64,000 nt of DNA from a virus (taxonomy: Duplodnaviria > Caudoviricetes): the IMG/VR virus record IMGVR_UViG_3300027847_001698; one strand, 5' to 3'. Below, piece after piece: positions 19,357-28,980 of this stretch; the first letter of the stretch is position 1; every line of letters starts with the position of its first letter. The notes beneath the pieces were generated by a model. That model saw only the letters and a list, made by a program, of their open reading frames with translations. It was not told the origin of the DNA and did no database searches. A program made the position numbers and the translations under genes.

Positions 19357-22300
19357 ATGTATAAAATTACCAGCAGTCATGCTGATTGTAACAATTGCGA
19401 ATTACTAGATTGCGCGTCCGCCACATCTGATACCAACTGCAAGGATAACTTAAAGTCAGTAAACGTATTTATTGTTTCAGAAAATCCAAGTAAGGAAGAT
19501 ACCATCGGGGGGACATGCCTAGGTATAACATATCCACCCGGAACCCCATTGATAGGCAAAGGTGGAAAATTATTCAGGGAAGTATTTAATGATACAATTA
19601 TCCCTTTAAATATTAATTATTTTATTACAAACATGGTGTTGTGTCATAGTACGAAACCAGATGAATCTCCACAATCAAAGATTGCACATACAGAACATTG
19701 CAAACCAAACATGTTAAAAATGTTAGAGGTATGTGAACCTGATTTAATCATTTCATTAGGCGCAAATCCAATGAAAACATTTGGTATTCACGGAGGAGTA
19801 ACCAGTAATAACGGAAGAATGTTTTCATACACACACGAAGGAAAACAATATCCAGTATTAGTTGCAACTTCCCCTAATTATATTGACAAGAAAGGTGGAC
19901 TGAACTCTGAAGCTGGAGATGAATTCATATTGGCATTTAAAAATGCAGCAGCATTCTTAAATGGAGAGGAAATAGACGATGGGGCCGAAGAATCAGAAGG
20001 CCAGAAACATTTATTCAATATTGATCCTAAATATTACAGCGAAGATTACAGACTTGTAGATATTCAATATATCGCAAGACAACAAAAATTGATATTCATC
20101 TTTAGAGATAAAGATAATAATAAAATCTTCTATGAACAAGATCAACAAGATAAAAACTACTACTGGTACACTAATAATTCAGAGGGAAAGTTAATTGAAT
20201 CATTTGAAGATTTAACTCTTAGAGTTGGCAATTATAAGCAACGTGGATTAACCAGTAACTGCTATGAATCAGATATTAGACTACCTGAAAAACATGCAAT
20301 AGATTATTATATCCAATCAAAAGGAGAATGCAGTATTGAAAAACAAAATATTTTATTTTTTGATATTGAAGTCTATACTTATGACTATAAGGGTTTTCCT
20401 GGCGTACAAAAGGCCGAATGGCCAGTAAATGCTATTTCGTTTGCTTTAGATGATGACGATACAGAGATGTACCTTTACCATATTGAAGGGAGAATTGATT
20501 CACGGATAGAAGACGAAAAAGATAAATATCCAACTTTAAAAATCTTCAAAAGTGAAAATCAAATGTTAGAAGCATTTATAAAACGTATTCATGAATTGGA
20601 ACCAGATTATATTGTTGGATGGAATAGCATCCGTTTCGATATGAGTTATTTATATCAACGAATGATGAACATAAAAGTCAAGTTCAACAATATGTCCCCC
20701 TTCAAAAGTACATGGGTAGATGCAGAAAAGGGAAAATGTGATGTAACGGGTTATATATGTTATGACATGTTACAGTTATACAAAAACTTAACATATATAA
20801 ATGAGCCTAGTTATAAATTAGATAGTATTGCACAAAAGGTACTCAAGACTAATAAAATAGAATACACTGGCAGTTTAAATCATATTTATGAAAATGATAT
20901 TGCGACATTCTTAAAATATTATGCGACTGACACGGATCTTCTAAAAGGTCTTGATAAAGCATTAGGTCATGTTGCATTACAAGACGAGTTGAGACGAGCA
21001 GCAACAACAACTCACCATGGAGCAAATTCTACGACTGGACTTGCAGATGGGTTATTCAATTATGCATTGAAGACTGATGGATATGTAATGAAGAATTCCA
21101 GTAAGGGTTATAAAGAATCTATTATAGGTGCATATGTAAGAGATCCAATAGGTGGAGTATATGATTGGGTAATTGATTTTGATTATACTAGTTTGTATCC
21201 ATCTATCATCTGTTCATTTAACATTGGACCGAATACATGGTTGGCTAAAATCAATCCAACGTTGGCACACGATTACACCTATAAAACAGATGAAGTAACC
21301 GATAAGACGTTTGACATAACACTTGATCCCCTGTATAACCCCACAGTTGAACAATGGTCCTATGACACGTTTACAGCGTTTATAAAGGAACGTAATGCCA
21401 TTATAACCCCATCGGGTTGCATATTTAAAAATCACACAGAAGAGAAATCTATTTTCTATAAAATCATCAAAACCTTATTCCAAAAGAGAAAGGAATATAA
21501 AACCTTGATGTTTCAGTGTAAAGAATCTGGAGATTCATCAAATCAACAGATCTTTGATAATAGACAAATGGCATACAAGATTTTATTGAATAGTTTATAT
21601 GGCGTTTTGGCACAAGAATACTTTCGATTTTTTAATCTCGATTTAGCATCAACTGTTACATTATCAGGTAGAGAGTTAATTAGATTTGCTGGAGAACATG
21701 TAGATAATTGGATGATAGATGATACTAATACTGATATTAACTGTAACTTCAATGAAGATGTAGATAGTCAGAAGGAGTATTTCAAATATGCAGATACTGA
21801 TTCAGTATTCTTGCACGTTCAGCCTTATTTAGAAAAAAAGGGGCTTCCTGTTGACAAGGAAACAATCGTAGATGAAGCATTAAAAATTCAAACGTATCTA
21901 AATATCGAATTACTTCCAAGATATGCAATAATTCATAATATTGATCCTGTTGAAAGTATGTTTGAGTTAAAAAACGAATTGATATGTAGACGATATTACA
22001 CGTTGAGCACTAAAAAGAAATATGCTTTACATGTAGTTGTAAATGAAGGAGTAGATACAGATGAGGTTGATATTAAAGGTCTAGAAATAAAACGATCTGA
22101 TTATTCAGTGTTAACAAAAACAATGTTAACTAAAATATTAGATATGATTATAAGACCTGAAGGTCAACCAGATATTGATAAAATATTAGATTACGTTAGT
22201 GAGACTAAAACGTATGCAACTCAGTTAGCTATTGATGGCAATGCTGATTTATTCAAGAAAGTATCATTCAACAAACCATTAGAAGAATATAAAAATACTC

Positions 22301-22623
22301 CTCAACACATCAAAGGTATGTTAATATGGAATGCTCTAGAATATGAGTATTTCCAATTAGGTAGCACAGGTATCTTATATCCTCTAAAATCATTTGAATT
22401 ATTTAATGCACCAGATGAGATTCAAGATAACTTCCAGAATTTATTTCTAAAGAAGTTTGAGCAAAAGGATTTAGATGTTATTGTTCTCCCAGAGGACGTT
22501 GATTCATTACCTGATTACTACGGAGTAGATGTAAATAAAATTGTAGATTTTTCAGTTAATGATCGTGCTGATATATTATTGGAGCCACTAGTCAAAAAGA
22601 CAGATGACTTATTATTATGGTAA
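19357..22623 (+). CDS. polB: Family B DNA polymerase with N-terminal uracil-DNA-glycosylase family 4-like domain
   Basis: Exo FFDIEVY and GWNSIRFD; Pol DFDYTSLYPSII, KILLNSLYG, YADTDS, KKKYA; N-terminal CNNC, SENPSKED, FITNMVLC, HCKP, IISLG. Confidence 0.93.
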   Translation: MYKITSSHADCNNCELLDCASATSDTNCKDNLKSVNVFIVSENPSKEDTIGGTCLGITYPPGTPLIGKGGKLFREVFNDTIIPLNINYFITNMVLCHSTKPDESPQSKIAHTEHCKPNMLKMLEVCEPDLIISLGANPMKTFGIHGGVTSNNGRMFSYTHEGKQYPVLVATSPNYIDKKGGLNSEAGDEFILAFKNAAAFLNGEEIDDGAEESEGQKHLFNIDPKYYSEDYRLVDIQYIARQQKLIFIFRDKDNNKIFYEQDQQDKNYYWYTNNSEGKLIESFEDLTLRVGNYKQRGLTSNCYESDIRLPEKHAIDYYIQSKGECSIEKQNILFFDIEVYTYDYKGFPGVQKAEWPVNAISFALDDDDTEMYLYHIEGRIDSRIEDEKDKYPTLKIFKSENQMLEAFIKRIHELEPDYIVGWNSIRFDMSYLYQRMMNIKVKFNNMSPFKSTWVDAEKGKCDVTGYICYDMLQLYKNLTYINEPSYKLDSIAQKVLKTNKIEYTGSLNHIYENDIATFLKYYATDTDLLKGLDKALGHVALQDELRRAATTTHHGANSTTGLADGLFNYALKTDGYVMKNSSKGYKESIIGAYVRDPIGGVYDWVIDFDYTSLYPSIICSFNIGPNTWLAKINPTLAHDYTYKTDEVTDKTFDITLDPLYNPTVEQWSYDTFTAFIKERNAIITPSGCIFKNHTEEKSIFYKIIKTLFQKRKEYKTLMFQCKESGDSSNQQIFDNRQMAYKILLNSLYGVLAQEYFRFFNLDLASTVTLSGRELIRFAGEHVDNWMIDDTNTDINCNFNEDVDSQKEYFKYADTDSVFLHVQPYLEKKGLPVDKETIVDEALKIQTYLNIELLPRYAIIHNIDPVESMFELKNELICRRYYTLSTKKKYALHVVVNEGVDTDEVDIKGLEIKRSDYSVLTKTMLTKILDMIIRPEGQPDIDKILDYVSETKTYATQLAIDGNADLFKKVSFNKPLEEYKNTPQHIKGMLIWNALEYEYFQLGSTGILYPLKSFELFNAPDEIQDNFQNLFLKKFEQKDLDVIVLPEDVDSLPDYYGVDVNKIVDFSVNDRADILLEPLVKKTDDLLLW

Positions 22624-22735
22624 CACCTATGGAAGACCGAACAAGATTTAGAAAAATTAAAAAAGAGTTAGATATGAAACAATAGAATGAACGGATACAC
22701 CCATAGGGAAGAGTATCTATACATAAAAGGTAATT

Positions 22736-23134
22736 ATGGACATATTGAAAACATACAAGTTAAAAAAGGGGAAGTATAAAGATATACCCATTATAGAAGT
22801 ACCGAGATGGTATCTAAAATGGGCATTAGAAAAGTGGGATGAATGTGAAGACACAACAATGTGTGCAACTGTATTATCTTTAGATAATAAACGAAACAAA
22901 CCACTAAATAATATAACTGAAGAGTGTATGTGTACTATGAATGACATGGATGGAATTGTTTTATTTCATGGAAAAATATCAGAACTACAAACAGAAATCT
23001 TTGGTAATGATAAAAGTCTTAGAATGGAAAAGCCAGGATTGATAACTAAATGTGCATTTCCAGACAGAGACCCATATGGTACTAATGAAAAATATGCGAC
23101 TTTAAGTATAACACCAATAATGACAAAAAAATGA
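22736..23134 (+). CDS. Small protein with DUF3820/QSregVF_b-like N-terminal motif
   Basis: KGKYKDIPIIEVPRWYLKWALE. Confidence 0.55.
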   Translation: MDILKTYKLKKGKYKDIPIIEVPRWYLKWALEKWDECEDTTMCATVLSLDNKRNKPLNNITEECMCTMNDMDGIVLFHGKISELQTEIFGNDKSLRMEKPGLITKCAFPDRDPYGTNEKYATLSITPIMTKK

Positions 23135-23204
23135 CTAATAAGATAGTTAGATCTGTTTATAAATCGAAAGAACAAAAAAACGAGGATCGATTATTTGGAA
23201 TTAG

Positions 23205-23315
23205 GATACTCTACCATAATACGATAGTATCATTGGAGACTAATCCATTTCAAGTCTCATCCTTCCCTATAAGGGATGAGTAGTGATCATATTAATAATA
23301 CTAATATTGATCACT
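23205..23315. ncRNA. Candidate structured RNA element (hairpin cluster)
   Basis: Stems GATACT/AGTATC, GAGACT/AGTCTC, CTCATCC/GGATGAG and AGTGATCA/TGATCACT within 110 nt, just after an AGAACAA motif (23169). Confidence 0.35.
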
Positions 23316-23374
23316 GCCTTTTAACTCTCAATAGTTTTTGGGGTTCTAACATAACATAACATAAGAATAATTAA

Positions 23375-24097
23375 TTGAAGTTAAGGAGATTTTATAGTCC
23401 TATGAGACTAATTGGGTATTCAAGTGGGGCACTAGCTAAAGGGAAATTCAACGTTGCAATTGATATGTTAAATAAACATAAAAATGTTACAGCAATTGAA
23501 TTATCCGCTCTATTATACTCTGAACTAAAAACATTAATAGATGCAATTCATACATTAAATTTATCAAAATATGAATACATATCCATACATGGTCCCAAAT
23601 TTGAAAATGAAACAGAGGAAGAAATAACAGTAGAAACATTACTTCCTCTAATAGATTTAAATTGGAATATTATATTACATCCAGATGTGATATGTGATAT
23701 TAATAAATGGAAAGTATTTGGGAAATTACTATGTATTGAAAATATGGATAATAAAAAATCATTTGGCCAAACAGCAGAAGAATTACAAACCATATTTGAA
23801 GAGTTACCAGATGCGTCAATGTGTTTCGATATAGGCCATGCCTTTCAAGTAGATCCTACAATGAAAGAAGCAAAGAAAATTCTATGGATGCACGGTCACA
23901 GATTACAAGAAATTCATATGAGTTATGTAAAACCAGATGGTAGTCATAATCCTTTATCAGTTCAATGTTACAAGCAATACCAATTAGTAGCTAGATATAT
24001 AACAGAAGATATACCAATAATATTAGAATCTGGAATAGAAGCTAATAAAATACAAGATGAACTTAAAACCGCTCATAAGTATTTAAAAATAAAATAA
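23375..24097 (+). CDS. Xylose-isomerase-like/AP-endonuclease-2 TIM-barrel protein
   Basis: SIHGP, ILHPD, IENMD, CFDIGHA, EIHMS, IILES metal-binding pattern. Confidence 0.8.
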   Translation: MKLRRFYSPMRLIGYSSGALAKGKFNVAIDMLNKHKNVTAIELSALLYSELKTLIDAIHTLNLSKYEYISIHGPKFENETEEEITVETLLPLIDLNWNIILHPDVICDINKWKVFGKLLCIENMDNKKSFGQTAEELQTIFEELPDASMCFDIGHAFQVDPTMKEAKKILWMHGHRLQEIHMSYVKPDGSHNPLSVQCYKQYQLVARYITEDIPIILESGIEANKIQDELKTAHKYLKIK

Positions 24098-24140
24098 ATC
24101 TAATCTTTTAACTTTTAAAAGAATGTTTTTATTTTAAATA

Positions 24141-24690
24141 AGAACAACAAACAATTGCTACAATGGTATGTTGAATATTATTCTCAAGTCGTTAGACAAT
24201 TCAACAGTAAATAGTCCTAAGCAATCAATGGATGTCAGTTTTTTTAGTTCCGAAAGGAACTTAGGATGTTTCTGGCCTTGGAAATAATCACCCAAGTATT
24301 AAAACCAAAAAAATAACCTGAATAAATAGGCCAAAGTAATTTCTATCGGGTCAGAGAAAGATTCGATGCGTCAGCTTTAATTCCTGCACTGAAAATCAGA
24401 TGGAAGGTCAAGTCATTTTAATCGGATGGTGGCGCGATCGGAGGGAGGGCGTAGCCCTCCGATTAGCCCAAGTTCAAATATCCTATTAACACCTGAAGAT
24501 TAAATATTAATCAAATAATCAAGCAAAAACAGAAGAGCGCGGAACGCCAGTGGATGTGCCTCTACTGGAGCTAGAAGTTCAGAAAGAATCCAATTAAAGG
24601 GGAAAAAAAGGAAGTTAATTAAAGAGAAATTCGTCAAGATCCAAGTGCCCCAGGAAGGCAGTCCTGACGGACAGCTTCCCTCCTAGGTCT
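24141..24690 (+). ncRNA. Candidate large structured ncRNA (~500 nt)
   Basis: No track ORF; GC-rich stems with A-rich linkers: GTTCC-GAAA-GGAAC, TCCTAA/TTAGGA, TGGCC/GGCCA, GGAGGGC-GTA-GCCCTCC, CCAGTGGA/TCTACTGG, GTCC-TGAC-GGAC in GGAAG/CTTCC; AGAACAA motif at 24141. Confidence 0.5.
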
Positions 24691-24698
24691 CAGATAAA

Positions 24699-25037
24699 TC
24701 AATATTCTTTGATTTCTTCTTTCAATTGAATATTATTAGATTGTGAGTTAATAACCTTTTGAACCCTTAAGATTACTAACTTCTGACAGATTACAAAGAT
24801 GACAATTAATAATATTTCAAATGTAATCTTCTTCCATGTATAAATATCAAAGATACAAGTTAAGATAATCAATGAAAGGGATATAAGTGACAACCCCATT
24901 ACATATTTAAATATTATCAATCCTATAAATTCTTTTTTAATTGTAAATGGTGAAGGGATAATATCCCATCCAACTGTAAAAGTTGATACTCCCATTAATA
25001 TGCATCCTACTGCAAGAAAAAGAGTTAAAACATCCAT
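24699..25037 (-). CDS. Small multi-pass membrane protein (112 aa)
   Basis: Three hydrophobic segments. Confidence 0.7.
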   Translation of the reverse strand: MDVLTLFLAVGCILMGVSTFTVGWDIIPSPFTIKKEFIGLIIFKYVMGLSLISLSLIILTCIFDIYTWKKITFEILLIVIFVICQKLVILRVQKVINSQSNNIQLKEEIKEY

Positions 25038-25217
25038 TTTTTTTGATTCCGATTAGTGTTAGAAATGATTAGAACTATTTTAAAGTTCTAATTGTGAGAT
25101 GAAGGAGATAATATTCAATAAACTTCCTTCGGTCGAATTACCCTCTTATTTTCCTACCCGGTGGGGAAACCCTTCGGGTTTATCCTGTCCTTCGGATAGA
25201 TAAGTTTATCTTGATCT

Positions 25218-25562
25218 TTAAGTTACGAGGTTAAATATTATTAATGATATAAATGATATAATTACATATCCAATAGAAGCCTGAAATGCAGGTTCGCTTT
25301 TTCTAATAGTTGAATCATGATATGTTGCACCAGCCAGAAATGCGAATCCAATAGATATGATATGAGACATAAAAATAATTACAAATGATACTATCTTTAA
25401 GGGATAAATTATCATTGCAAGTATGACGAGTACCACACATGCTGTATTTGTCCCTTTTAATTTTTCAGTGTTTGATTGGTATAAATATCCAGCTGTTGCA
25501 GAACACCCAACTGATACTATTACTAATACCATAGTGATAAGTAAAGATGATAAAATAATCAT
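25218..25562 (-). CDS. Small multi-pass membrane protein (114 aa)
   Basis: Three to four hydrophobic segments; leader similar to that of 24699..25037. Confidence 0.7.
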   Translation of the reverse strand: MIILSSLLITMVLVIVSVGCSATAGYLYQSNTEKLKGTNTACVVLVILAMIIYPLKIVSFVIIFMSHIISIGFAFLAGATYHDSTIRKSEPAFQASIGYVIISFISLIIFNLVT

Positions 25563-25971
25563 TTGATTTCCAGATTGAGTGTTATAGATTCAGAAGAAGT
25601 GGAATCTAAAAATATATAGAAGTTCTGACAATAGGCTAAGTAATATCAAAACTCTTACATTCTCTAATTTTATTAAAGACCACAAGTTAATCAATTCTTA
25701 GATTTTTATTTGGATCTTAAGTTTAGAAATTATCTGATTTGTTATAGATATTTTTATTTAAATTAAGGCTTATTAATCTTCCTGTTTTAAAAGATAACAT
25801 ATCTTCTTTGGTAACTACTATCCAATTTAGTGTCTATCATATACTGATGTATGGGATGTCATCATTTGTGAGATTCATTAGTTGATACGCACCCTGATGT
25901 AATAACAAGTATGATTATTATGAATAGATGTCTCATGAATAAAGATTCATGTTGGGATAGATTGTTAATTC

Positions 25972-25990
25972 AAAAATTAATATATATAGA
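25972..25990 (-). promoter_or_regulatory. Conserved accessory-gene promoter-like motif
   Basis: AAAAATTAATATATATAGA, identical to 62713..62731. Confidence 0.6.
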
Positions 25991-26038
25991 TAAGAATTCA
26001 TTTACTTATATGAGAATAAACAATAAAGGAAATTATAT

Positions 26039-27016
26039 ATGTCAATTGAATCTGATGCATTAGATTCGTTATGGGTCGAAAAACATCGTCCCAAGGAACT
26101 AGCTGAAGTAGTACTAGAAAAGGAACATCAAGATAAAATAGAAGAATGGTTAAAGAAAGGGGCGATTCCTCATTTATTAATGGTAGGTCCAGCAGGATCA
26201 GGTAAGACCACCACCGCTAGAATTATATGCAATTATATTATTAAGGATGATGCAGATATTTTAGAACTGAATGGTTCTGATCAAACTGGAGTAGATACTG
26301 TTAGAGATTCTATTAAAGGATTTTTAAAATCTCCCCCACATCTTAGTGCTCATAAAATAGTATTCATTGATGAGTTTGATTATATGTCCCAAAATGCACA
26401 AGGTGCACTTAGAAATATATTTGAGACATATGCAGGCACAGGCAGATTTGTATGTACGGGTAATTATAAATCAAAGATCATAGATGCATTACTATCAAGA
26501 TTTCAAATTTTTGAGATGAAAACAGTATCTCAAGAGTTTGCGATTAAATATTGTCAAAGTATTTTAGATTTTGAAAAGATAGAATATGATATTGATACGG
26601 TATCGGTTATTGTTGAAAGTCTTATTCCTGATGTTAGAAAGATTGTTGGTACATTACAACAAACCGTAATAGATGGAAAGCTACACAAGATTGATAAAAA
26701 TTCTATAGCTACAGCCGAGAAAAAACTAGTAGGGTTAATCTGTATGATGTTAGACTCTATTGGAACTATTGGTTGTAAAGAAATAGTTAATTCTAGTATT
26801 GTAGAAGTACATGAATTATTAAATCAAGGAGAGGTAGATTATCTTTCTATTTATGATTTATTATTTCATAATAAGAAGATTCCAGTATGGGCGAAGATCG
26901 TTGTAAATAGATATAGTAATATGCATTATCAATGTTTATTTCCGAACATGCATTTTGTTGCAATGGTTTATGAGTGTATACAGAATGGTAAGAAATATCA
27001 CGAAACATTTGAATAA
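26039..27016 (+). CDS. Clamp loader ATPase subunit (RFC/T4 gp44-like)
   Basis: LWVEKHRP, GPAGSGKTT, ELNGSD, FIDEFD, QGALR, LLSRF. Confidence 0.93.
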   Translation: MSIESDALDSLWVEKHRPKELAEVVLEKEHQDKIEEWLKKGAIPHLLMVGPAGSGKTTTARIICNYIIKDDADILELNGSDQTGVDTVRDSIKGFLKSPPHLSAHKIVFIDEFDYMSQNAQGALRNIFETYAGTGRFVCTGNYKSKIIDALLSRFQIFEMKTVSQEFAIKYCQSILDFEKIEYDIDTVSVIVESLIPDVRKIVGTLQQTVIDGKLHKIDKNSIATAEKKLVGLICMMLDSIGTIGCKEIVNSSIVEVHELLNQGEVDYLSIYDLLFHNKKIPVWAKIVVNRYSNMHYQCLFPNMHFVAMVYECIQNGKKYHETFE

Positions 27017-27039
27017 ATAATATAGGGACCAAGGGGTAT

Positions 27040-27378
27040 ATGATTAAAACTATACAAGAACGATTAAAGAACATAGAAGAAATAAAAGATACAGTCTCAG
27101 AGTTTGTTGAGGACTTAAATACTGTGATGGGAGAACCAGTTTTTTCCCATGAATCAGATATTGTATATTATAAAATATCTAATATAAAAACTCCATTATT
27201 AGAAGTACATATTATGACAAGTAGGCTTGATGGTTTCCCTGTTAAACTTCATTGTGAAATAGATACAAGATTAGGATTCAGTGCTGAATCCGTTGAGGAA
27301 TTGGAATCTAATTTATCTATGTTTTCAAATCAATCGGTTATTACTGAATTGTTATCTAGAATTAAATCTAAACTATGA
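27040..27378 (+). CDS. Hypothetical protein
   Basis: ORF track; ATGA coupling to primase. Confidence 0.7.
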   Translation: MIKTIQERLKNIEEIKDTVSEFVEDLNTVMGEPVFSHESDIVYYKISNIKTPLLEVHIMTSRLDGFPVKLHCEIDTRLGFSAESVEELESNLSMFSNQSVITELLSRIKSKL

Positions 27379-28412
27379 ATATAGACAATCTTAGAAAGCT
27401 AATAAAAGATAAAAAATTATGGGTAAAGGAAACTACTAAAAATATAATATGCATATGCCCTTATTGTGGTGATCACAAAGATGATAGAAAAAAAGGACAT
27501 TTGTATGTTAGTAAGAATCCTGAAATTCCAGTGGTTCATTGTTTTATTGGGGGATGTGCTAAAGGATTAGTACAATTTATTGAAGATATTTCAGGTTCAA
27601 GAGTTGCTGCTGATTTAATCATTTCTAAAGAAGAAGTGAATAAAGCAAAAAAGAAGTCTAAATCAGAAGGAGCAGTACAAAAAAATCAAGATGTATATGA
27701 TATACCTAAACTCGACATTAAACCATTTCCAATGAAGGTGTCACACATCAAAAAAAGAACTAATGGTAATTTGACACCTGAACAGGTACCAAATCTTATT
27801 TTTGATTTTCAAACATTCTTTAGTATGAATAATCTTGGAAGTGTAGTTGAAAATGAAGTTGGGGAATTTTTAACTACCCTGCAACGTCAATATGTTGGAT
27901 ACTTAGTTGAAAATCAATCATATATAGTATGTAGAAATATTGATCCTAAATCTGAATTTAAACATAGAAAGATTATGATCAGAGAACGGAATTTTGGATT
28001 ATTGGATTACTACAAAGTAGATGGGGGTAATCCTGATAGTGATAAAATTGTGTTAGCAGAAGGAGTTTATGATGTATTGGGTGAATATTCAGCCAACTCA
28101 TTAAAGTACAAAGGCAATGTTAGATTATATGCATCTGGACAATCGTATTCTTATGCATCATTACTTAAAGCTGTTTTATTTGACGAATGTTTATGTAAAG
28201 CAGATGTTGTTATTTTAAGTGATTCTAATATCAGCACCCCATTTTATAGAAAATTATTAACTAACTATAAGCACGTTATAAAGAATTTAAAAGTGTTTTA
28301 TAATAAAAATAAAGGAGGAGATTTTGGAAGCTTCCCACTCGCACCTGTGGAACTCAGAGTACAACCATACAAAAAATGGAATGGCTCTACAAATAAACAA
28401 TATCGCAGATAA
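27375..28412 (+). CDS. DNA primase (Zn-finger plus Toprim, T4 gp61-like)
   Basis: CPYCGDH...HCFIGGC Zn ribbon; VLAEGVYD, ILSDS Toprim. Confidence 0.8.
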   Translation: MNIDNLRKLIKDKKLWVKETTKNIICICPYCGDHKDDRKKGHLYVSKNPEIPVVHCFIGGCAKGLVQFIEDISGSRVAADLIISKEEVNKAKKKSKSEGAVQKNQDVYDIPKLDIKPFPMKVSHIKKRTNGNLTPEQVPNLIFDFQTFFSMNNLGSVVENEVGEFLTTLQRQYVGYLVENQSYIVCRNIDPKSEFKHRKIMIRERNFGLLDYYKVDGGNPDSDKIVLAEGVYDVLGEYSANSLKYKGNVRLYASGQSYSYASLLKAVLFDECLCKADVVILSDSNISTPFYRKLLTNYKHVIKNLKVFYNKNKGGDFGSFPLAPVELRVQPYKKWNGSTNKQYRR

Positions 28413-28980
28413 TTTAGATGCACTTAGATTCAAAACAGTAGTAATGACCAATGGGTGTTTTGATCTATTTCATATAGGTCATTTGTATACTTTGCAAGAA
28501 GCCAAAAAGTTTGGTGACATCCTTGTAATTGCTATAAATTCAGATGAAAGCATAAGAGCGTTAAAGGGTGCCGGTAGACCCATTCTTAATTTAGAAACTA
28601 GAATGGCGATATTGTCATCATTAGAAATGGTAGATTATGTTATCCCGTTTTCAGGGGAAAGAGCAACTGATGTAATAGCTCAGATTGAACCAGATGTATA
28701 TGTCAAGGGTTCAGATTACACGTTAGATACGTTAGATGATGGGGAACGGGAAGCATTAGAAAATGTTGGTGCTCAAATCAAATTCATAAATACAATAGCT
28801 ACTGAATCCACTAGTGATATATTAGATAGAATTAAAAAATCTGATAATAATACTGAAGTTAAGTCTAAATTTATAAATGATGGTAATCAACTTTCAGTGG
28901 GTTGGAGATATGGTGACGAAGAGATAAAAGTCGGCATTGATGCATCTAGTGGTAATGTATTATGGGTCATGGGTGTTTAG
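28381..28980 (+). CDS. rfaE: Stand-alone RfaE/HldE domain II nucleotidyltransferase (heptose-1-phosphate adenylyltransferase-like)
   Basis: VMTNGCFDLFHIGH, GDILVIAINSDESIRALKG..RP, VDYV, PDVYVKGSDY, STSDI; likely start 28381. Confidence 0.88.
   Translation: MALQINNIADNLDALRFKTVVMTNGCFDLFHIGHLYTLQEAKKFGDILVIAINSDESIRALKGAGRPILNLETRMAILSSLEMVDYVIPFSGERATDVIAQIEPDVYVKGSDYTLDTLDDGEREALENVGAQIKFINTIATESTSDILDRIKKSDNNTEVKSKFINDGNQLSVGWRYGDEEIKVGIDASSGNVLWVMGV

Noticed and set aside
24168-24287. 39-aa plus-strand ORF within the candidate ncRNA
   Set aside because: No RBS, no recognisable features; base-pairing explains the region better
24426-24463. CGCCACCA on the minus strand, resembling a tRNA/tmRNA 3' end
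   Set aside because: No T-arm GTTCRA and no matching 7-bp acceptor stem; G-U pairing favours the + strand
25864-25936. 24-aa lipobox-like peptide MRHLFIIIILVITSGCVSTNESHK on the minus strand
   Set aside because: Lies downstream of the 25972 motif but is very short with no clear RBS; not supportable as a gene
25972-25990. Archaeal BRE-TATA reading of the TATATATAG motif (archaeal virus)
   Set aside because: The motif tracks with counter-oriented accessory genes, including 62085 where no + gene follows; Hc1, RfaE, GT9 and the amidase point to a bacterial host. Not fully excluded
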